The translations under genes were made by a program, and so were the position numbers. A DNA stretch of 64,000 nucleotides, from NCBI GenBank assembly GCA_034680125.1, contig JAXITL010000001.1, positions 12,918-76,917 on the forward strand. Direction: 5' to 3'. Below the pieces are notes generated by a model, which had not been told where the DNA came from, ran no database searches, and saw only the letters and a list, made by a program, of their open reading frames with translations. Source of the stretch: Chitinophagaceae bacterium (lineage in GTDB: Bacteria; Bacteroidota; Bacteroidia; Chitinophagales; Chitinophagaceae). Positions 58,515-64,000 of the stretch are shown here, piece by piece (position 1 is the first letter of the stretch; every line of letters starts with the position of its first letter).

Positions 58515-59825
58515 GTGAGAAGTAGAACCCTCAAAAAAAACAAAGTCAACATCATAACCCTTGGTTGTTCTAAAAACCTTGTGGATAGCGAAGTATTGAG
58601 TGGTCAATTGGCAGCCAATGATATTGCTGTGGTGCACGAAAATTCCAAAAAGGACCACAATATCGTTGTGGTCAATACTTGTGGATTTATTGATAAAGCC
58701 AAAGAAGAAAGTATCAATACTATCCTGGAGCAATTAGAATTAAAAGAGCAAGGCAAGTTGGATAAAGTATATGTAACAGGCTGCTTGAGCGAAAGGTATA
58801 GAGGAGATTTATCGAAAGAAATTGCTGATGTTGACGCTTGGTTTGGCACGATGGAATTGCCCATGCTGCTTAAAGAGTTAGAAGCTGATTATAAAACCGA
58901 ATTGGTGGGCGAAAGACTTTTGGCCACACCAAAACACTATGCCTATCTCAAAATTTCTGAAGGTTGTAACCGCACTTGTTCATTTTGCGCTATTCCCTTG
59001 ATGCGCGGGAACCATGTCAGTAAAACCATCGAGGAAATAATTGCTGAGGCCAAAAAATTAGTGCAAATGGGTGTGAAAGAAATCATGCTCATTGCACAAG
59101 AACTCACTTATTACGGATTGGATATTTACAAAAAGCGTGCTCTATCTGATTTATTAAAACATTTGAGTGATATTCCTGGCCTGCATTGGATACGTTTACA
59201 TTATGCTTACCCATCAAAATTTCCTTTAGACATTTTAGATGTGATGCGCGAACGTGACAATATTTGCAATTACCTAGATATGCCTCTGCAGCACATTACA
59301 GATAATATGCTGAAAGCAATGAAACGCCAGATGGATAAGCAAGAAATGCTTGACCTTTTGGATGCAGTGCGCGAAAGAGTTCCGGGTATTGCTTTACGCA
59401 CTACCTTGATTGCAGGTTTCCCTGGCGAAACAAGAGAGGATGTGGAGGAAGTAAAAGCCTTTTTAGAACAGCAGCGTTTCGACCGTGTAGGTATTTTTAC
59501 TTATTCGCACGAAGAAAATACCAGTGCCTACGATTTGGTAGACAATATTTCGGCAGAAGAAAAAGAAAAGAGAGCCCAAGAAATAATGGAAGTGCAGCAA
59601 GAGATTTCGTACGAGAAAAACCAAGAATTAGTTGGTCGTTCCTTTAAGGTTTTAGTGGATAAAAAAGAATCTGGGCGTTACCTTGGTCGCACCGAATATG
59701 ACAGTGTGGATGTGGATAATGAAGTAATTGTCAACTCTGATAAGGCCATCAAAATTGGAGAATTTGTCAATGTGAAAATTGATAAAGCCTATGATTTTGA
59801 CTTGGAGGGAACGGTAGTTCATTAA
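58515..59825 (+). CDS. rimO: Ribosomal protein S12 methylthiotransferase
   Basis: UPF0004 N-terminal domain (ITLGCSKN), radical-SAM CNRTCSFCAIP and a TRAM C-terminus. The apparent start is a GTG. Confidence 0.9.
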   Translation: MRSRTLKKNKVNIITLGCSKNLVDSEVLSGQLAANDIAVVHENSKKDHNIVVVNTCGFIDKAKEESINTILEQLELKEQGKLDKVYVTGCLSERYRGDLSKEIADVDAWFGTMELPMLLKELEADYKTELVGERLLATPKHYAYLKISEGCNRTCSFCAIPLMRGNHVSKTIEEIIAEAKKLVQMGVKEIMLIAQELTYYGLDIYKKRALSDLLKHLSDIPGLHWIRLHYAYPSKFPLDILDVMRERDNICNYLDMPLQHITDNMLKAMKRQMDKQEMLDLLDAVRERVPGIALRTTLIAGFPGETREDVEEVKAFLEQQRFDRVGIFTYSHEENTSAYDLVDNISAEEKEKRAQEIMEVQQEISYEKNQELVGRSFKVLVDKKESGRYLGRTEYDSVDVDNEVIVNSDKAIKIGEFVNVKIDKAYDFDLEGTVVH

Positions 59826-59894
59826 TTTGAAGATGGGTTGATTTGACAATTTGAAGATTAGCTAAATATCTCTACCATTTACAACTAAAAAACA

Positions 59895-60281
59895 ATGTAC
59901 AAACCAGCTTTAATTATTGGATTTATTTGCGCTGCATTAGGTGTTATTATTGGTGCCTTTGCGGCACATGGTCTCAAACCTATGATGGAATTGAGCCAGC
60001 AACAAACCTTTGAAACAGGAGTTCGTTATCAAATGTACCACAGTTTTGCCTTGATTGCAGTAGGCTTGTTGAGTGCACATTTCAGCAACAACCACATTAA
60101 CCTTGCTACCCTATTTTTCACTTTGGGTATACTTTGTTTTAGTGGCTCCTTATACGCATTATCCTTACTCCAAATGAATGGTATTGTTGGCTTGAAAGGT
60201 GTGGGTATAATCACCCCAATTGGTGGTGTATTTTTTATACTAGGATGGGTATATAGTTTGTTGGCGGTCTTGAAGGGGTAA
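59895..60281 (+). CDS. DUF423 (YgdD/TMEM256-like) membrane protein
   Basis: 128 aa with four TM segments and GAFAAHGLK near the N-terminus. Confidence 0.75.
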   Translation: MYKPALIIGFICAALGVIIGAFAAHGLKPMMELSQQQTFETGVRYQMYHSFALIAVGLLSAHFSNNHINLATLFFTLGILCFSGSLYALSLLQMNGIVGLKGVGIITPIGGVFFILGWVYSLLAVLKG

Positions 60282-60300
60282 ATTTTGACTCCACATCACC

Positions 60301-61002
60301 TTATTGTAATGTATAATTCAAATTGATAAAAATGTTCTCATCATCCAAAATATCAACACTTGTAGAAAGTATCCGATTGATGTGAACAAAACCTACCTCA
60401 AATTTCCATTGTGGTTTTGGTGAAAAAGAAAATTGGAAGAGCATTCGGTTTTGATCAAAAATATGGTTATTTGGTACACCTAATGCATTCAGAAAAAGCT
60501 CATCAGAACAGCTTAGTTCAATTTTTTCATTAAAGTTATATCGTAATCCCAGCAGCTGACGCATGCGCAATACATCGTTATTGTAATTTTGAAACAATCT
60601 GTACTCAGCCTTAGTACTAGCAACAAAAAGGATTTGTTTCGAAAACTCCTTGTACGTTTTAAGCATGGCTGTAAGCCTAAGTTCATTAATAGGAACAGCC
60701 ATTTCGTCTTGTTGTTTTTGAATGATTCGATGGTGTTTAAATACTGCAATTGGAGAAATGCCCCATATTACATTCTTATGGTTTTGATAGTTGAACCATA
60801 ATCTGGCGGAATGCATCAACTCCTTGTCGAAAAAATTAGCATTACCCAAACCATTTTGTTTACGATATTGCAGCTCTAAAACAGAAGTAAGCTTTTTGGA
60901 CAAGTTATAATTAAAACTTGCCCTAAACCAAGCATTATAATGCTGCTGAGCAGCAGCATTTCTGCTAAAAAGAATCAAAATAACAAGCAAGAATTTCTTC
61001 AC
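60301..61002 (-). CDS. Secreted beta-rich protein, DUF2490-like (putative outer-membrane barrel)
   Basis: The GTG at 61002 gives MKKFLLVILILFSRNAAAQQ. The body alternates aromatic and polar residues and ends NLNYTLQ. The longer track ORF would overlap the upstream gene. Confidence 0.55.
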   Translation of the reverse strand: MKKFLLVILILFSRNAAAQQHYNAWFRASFNYNLSKKLTSVLELQYRKQNGLGNANFFDKELMHSARLWFNYQNHKNVIWGISPIAVFKHHRIIQKQQDEMAVPINELRLTAMLKTYKEFSKQILFVASTKAEYRLFQNYNNDVLRMRQLLGLRYNFNEKIELSCSDELFLNALGVPNNHIFDQNRMLFQFSFSPKPQWKFEVGFVHINRILSTSVDILDDENIFINLNYTLQ

Positions 61003-61021
61003 TTCTCTCAAGATGGCTGAA

Positions 61022-61510
61022 CTAATGCGGTAGATTATCTTTAAAGAAACCATACAACCAAGTACCAAAAATGGCGCTAAACAGCGTAATGATGACTACT
61101 GTGTAACCATTACCTATTTGAGCATATAGTGGACCAGGACAAGCTCCCGTAATAGCCCAACCCAAACCAAAAATAAGTCCACCATAGATTTGGCCTTTAT
61201 TAAAATCCTTTTTCGGAATCTTGATATCTTCACCATAGATGGTTTTGATATTGAACTTTTTAATGATCCAAATAGAAATAATACCCACGATCACTGCACT
61301 ACCAATTACTCCATACATGTGAAAAGATTGCAGCCGAAACATTTCCTGAATGCGATACCAACTGATAATCTCAGCCTTAACAAAAATGATACCAAAAAAC
61401 AAACCCACCAGTAAATACTTTAGATTGTAATACCACTTATGTGTCAAGGCGCTTTCATTGACGCACATGGCATCCAATTCACGAATTTGAAGATCTTTAT
61501 TTTTATCCAT
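61022..61510 (-). CDS. YeeE/YedE-family sulfur transport protein, second half-size subunit
   Basis: Four TM segments and the conserved GWAITGACPGP motif. It is paired with the adjacent half-size YeeE/YedE gene. Confidence 0.75.
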   Translation of the reverse strand: MDKNKDLQIRELDAMCVNESALTHKWYYNLKYLLVGLFFGIIFVKAEIISWYRIQEMFRLQSFHMYGVIGSAVIVGIISIWIIKKFNIKTIYGEDIKIPKKDFNKGQIYGGLIFGLGWAITGACPGPLYAQIGNGYTVVIITLFSAIFGTWLYGFFKDNLPH

Positions 61511-61529
61511 ATTGATGTATAATAATATT

Positions 61530-62099
61530 TTAAAGAGACAAAATGAATGGCAAAATCAAGTTGGCCATTACAAAGCCGCCAATCATAAAGAAGACAGTTG
61601 CTACTAGGGAAGGCCATTGTAAGGAAGACAGACCCATAATGGAATGCCCACTAGTGCAGCCACCAGCATACCTTGTTCCAAAGCCAATCATGATACCACC
61701 CATTACCATCATGATAATTCCTCTGACACTAAATAACTGAGCCCAAGAAAAAATCTGACTCGGCATTAACCCATCTATTTCTGATATACCATAACTAGCT
61801 AATTCCCTTTTTAATTCGGGGTGAATACTAATGGGTAAATCGTTTTGAAAAATAAAAAGAGCGATTAGTCCTCCTATAAAAATGCCGAGTACAAAAAATA
61901 AATTCCAAATTTCTTTTTTCCATTCATAATTAAAAAACGGAATTTTTGAAGGAACACAAATAGCGCAAACATGCCTCAGGGAAGAGCTAATACCAAATGA
62001 CTTGTTACCAATAATAAGTAAAGTCGGCACTGTTAGTCCAATGAGCGGGCCCGCTACGTACCATGGCCATGGATTTTGTATAAGCTCAATTAAGGTCAT
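61530..62099 (-). CDS. YeeE/YedE-family sulfur transport protein, first half-size subunit
   Basis: TM-rich, with the GTRYAGGCTSGHSIMG motif typical of the Sulf_transp family. Confidence 0.8.
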   Translation of the reverse strand: MTLIELIQNPWPWYVAGPLIGLTVPTLLIIGNKSFGISSSLRHVCAICVPSKIPFFNYEWKKEIWNLFFVLGIFIGGLIALFIFQNDLPISIHPELKRELASYGISEIDGLMPSQIFSWAQLFSVRGIIMMVMGGIMIGFGTRYAGGCTSGHSIMGLSSLQWPSLVATVFFMIGGFVMANLILPFILSL

Positions 62100-62101
62100 T
62101 A

Positions 62102-62944
62102 TTATAGAGTTTGTTTTATTTTTTCGATAGAATATTTAATGTCAAAAGCAATTTGTTGTTGCAGCAATTCAATTGGAATTTCGGCATCCGAAACCAACAA
62201 TAAATCAGAATTTGAAGTATTCAAACTGATATTATTCACTCCTACCATTTCATTAATTTTTTGCATCACTGTTTGAGCACAATCACTACAAGTAATACCA
62301 TGAATACGATATAGATTTACAGAAACACCAATGTTCTTTTCAAATTCAAACCATAATTCTGTACCAGCTCTTGGCGCTTCAGAATTTTTACAAATAGCCA
62401 ATTGCTTTTGGTAGAATGCATGATTAAATAACTGTTCATATTCGGTTGAAGTTCCACCAAAAGGAGGTCCTTTTTCAAAAGTACGATTAAACAAAAGGCC
62501 TACTAAAATTGCATTTTCGGCTAATAATTGATGCATCTTCCATACATATTGCTGACGCATTGATGGGGGTAAAGCACAAAAAAAAGTTTGCTCAATGATT
62601 ACATCATAAGCTCCTTGGTGCTCAAAAAAATCGCCAAGCAGAATCTTGATTTCTAATTTACCTCGAAATTTATCCTTTAATTTTTCTACCAAACTTGGCG
62701 CAATATCTATTACAGTAATATTGGTAAACCCTTGCAGCAAAAGGTATTCAGCCTCATAGCTATTACCAGCACCAGGTATTAAAATTCGGATGTTCTTATC
62801 CGCCAAACCATCAATAAAAGTTCGAATGGGAGTAGAGATAATTCCTAAATCCCATCCAGTAGCATTAGATCTATACTGATTATCCCAATAATTTTTGTCC
62901 AATGGTTTTTCGCAAGATACTGTGCAGCATTGTATTTCGTGCAT
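62102..62944 (-). CDS. TPMT-family SAM-dependent methyltransferase fused to a C-terminal heavy-metal-associated (HMA) domain
   Basis: YWDNQYRSNATGWDLGIISTP, ILIPGAGNS, GDFF, FFCALPPSMRQQY and GPPFGGTSTEYEQLF match the thiopurine/thiol methyltransferase pattern. Residues about 207-275, VNLYRIHGITCSDCAQTVMQKINEMVGV..., form an HMA fold with CxxC (62279..62290). The N-terminus carries CCTVSC. Confidence 0.8.
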   Translation of the reverse strand: MHEIQCCTVSCEKPLDKNYWDNQYRSNATGWDLGIISTPIRTFIDGLADKNIRILIPGAGNSYEAEYLLLQGFTNITVIDIAPSLVEKLKDKFRGKLEIKILLGDFFEHQGAYDVIIEQTFFCALPPSMRQQYVWKMHQLLAENAILVGLLFNRTFEKGPPFGGTSTEYEQLFNHAFYQKQLAICKNSEAPRAGTELWFEFEKNIGVSVNLYRIHGITCSDCAQTVMQKINEMVGVNNISLNTSNSDLLLVSDAEIPIELLQQQIAFDIKYSIEKIKQTL

Positions 62945-62982
62945 TCGATTAAAACTAACTCCTGACTAACTAAATGAATTAC

Positions 62983-64000
62983 TTATAGAACTTTGCTTTG
63001 ACAAACAAAATCTGTTTTGGCTACATTTGTTTTAGCAATAGCAGAAAAACCACCTTCAACCTCTGAGAAATTGCGATAGCCACGTGCCTGCAAAATAGAA
63101 GCAGCAATCATACTGCGGTAGCCACCAGCGCAATGCAAAAAGAAATGCTCATCAGGATTCACATCCTTGATCCAATCATTGATATAGGCCAATGGTCTGC
63201 TATAAGCCTCATCGACATGCTCAGCGGCATACTCCGTTTCTTTCCGTACATCCACCACTTTGCTTTCCCCAATGTTCACTTGTTGCTCAAATTCTGCTGC
63301 CGAAATTCTATGAATACGATCCACTTCAAGGCCCGCATTTTTCCAGTTATCAAAACCACCCTTTAAATGACCCAGAATATGATCAAAGCCTACACGACTT
63401 AATCTTGTAACTGTTTCCTCTTCTTTACCAGCATCTGTAATCAATAAAATGGCCTGTTTTACATCCACAATCATCGCGCCAACCCAAGGTGCAAAATCAC
63501 CATTTAATCCAATATTGATTGACTGTGGAATAAATCCTTTATAGAAATCGGCTGCACTACGGGTGTCTAATAGTAAGGCTGTAGTTTCTTCTGCGGCAGC
63601 TTCAAACTCTGTAGGCGTTAAAGCGCGCATCCCCTTATTCAACACAGTTTCGAAACTATCATAACCATGTTTGTTCATGGCTACATTCATTCCAAAATAT
63701 CCTGGAGGAGGGGTTAAGCCATCCGTAACGGCTTTGATAAATGACTCCCGATTAGGTTGATTGAGCGCATAATTCATTTGTTTTTGATGACCCAAAGTAT
63801 CCACCGTTTCCTTCATCATGTTTTTACCACAAGCACTACCGGCACCATGGGCTGGATACACAATAACGTCGTCAGCCAAAGGCATAATTTTTTGGTTAAG
63901 GCTATCATAGAGCATACCCGCTAAATCTTCTTGGGTCATACTCGCTGCTTTTTGAGCAAGATCGGGGCGGCCCACATCTCCTAGAAACAAAGTATCACCT
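62983..64000 (-). CDS. MBL-fold hydrolase (persulfide dioxygenase-like) fused to two rhodanese domains; partial, the 5' end is beyond the right edge
   Basis: The frame is open to base 64000 (GDTLFLGDVGRPDL, YPAHGAGSACG). The first rhodanese domain lacks a Cys (LLITDAGKE). The second has the active loop HCAGGYRS. The M in the track ORF is an internal TTG. Confidence 0.85.
   Translation of the reverse strand, partial: GDTLFLGDVGRPDLAQKAASMTQEDLAGMLYDSLNQKIMPLADDVIVYPAHGAGSACGKNMMKETVDTLGHQKQMNYALNQPNRESFIKAVTDGLTPPPGYFGMNVAMNKHGYDSFETVLNKGMRALTPTEFEAAAEETTALLLDTRSAADFYKGFIPQSINIGLNGDFAPWVGAMIVDVKQAILLITDAGKEEETVTRLSRVGFDHILGHLKGGFDNWKNAGLEVDRIHRISAAEFEQQVNIGESKVVDVRKETEYAAEHVDEAYSRPLAYINDWIKDVNPDEHFFLHCAGGYRSMIAASILQARGYRNFSEVEGGFSAIAKTNVAKTDFVCQSKVL

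Overview
This window looks like an ordinary, densely coded (roughly 90%) chromosomal segment of a Bacteroidota-type genome. Three secreted proteins end in T9SS type-A sorting domains, several genes have TAnnTTTG-like -7 boxes, and a DUF1599 gene sits divergent from folP. I count about 57 protein-coding genes on both strands, mostly housekeeping. They cover DNA topology and repair (gyrA, parE, ssb, mutY, PolX, an alkyltransferase-like protein) and translation or RNA modification (trpS, der, rimO, rlmD, trmB, dusB, trhO). Folate genes (folK, folP), peptidoglycan recycling genes (anmK, ldcA), sucD and paaZ are present. Envelope and secretion functions include SppA, a SurA-like PPIase, a TlpA-like redoxin and M1 and M13 peptidases. 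There is also a phosphate module (porin, DUF47, PiT). By eye I found no rRNA, tRNA, CRISPR array, transposase, integrase or recognisable defence-system genes, so I cannot point to a convincing new 'system' of the defence-island kind. Nearly every convergent gene junction carries an A-run/hairpin/T-run bidirectional terminator. Two real genes are missing from or truncated in the supplied ORF track because they run off the window edges: a transglutaminase-like gene at 1..1882 (-) and an MBL-rhodanese gene at 62983..64000 (-). The items most worth a second look are: (1) a tight five-gene sulfur/chalcogen operon at the right end, containing a TPMT-family methyltransferase flanked by an N-terminal CCxxxC motif and a C-terminal HMA (GITCSDC) domain; (2) a PiT phosphate transporter with a PDZ-like domain in its central loop; (3) an M13 peptidase split by a 1-nt change in an A5/T5 run; (4) an alkyltransferase-like (Cys to Ala) MGMT homologue translationally coupled to trmB and a DUF5522 mini-protein; (5) an SbtA-like permease paired with a LysR regulator but no SbtB. 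All family assignments come from motif recognition by eye and need profile searches to confirm.
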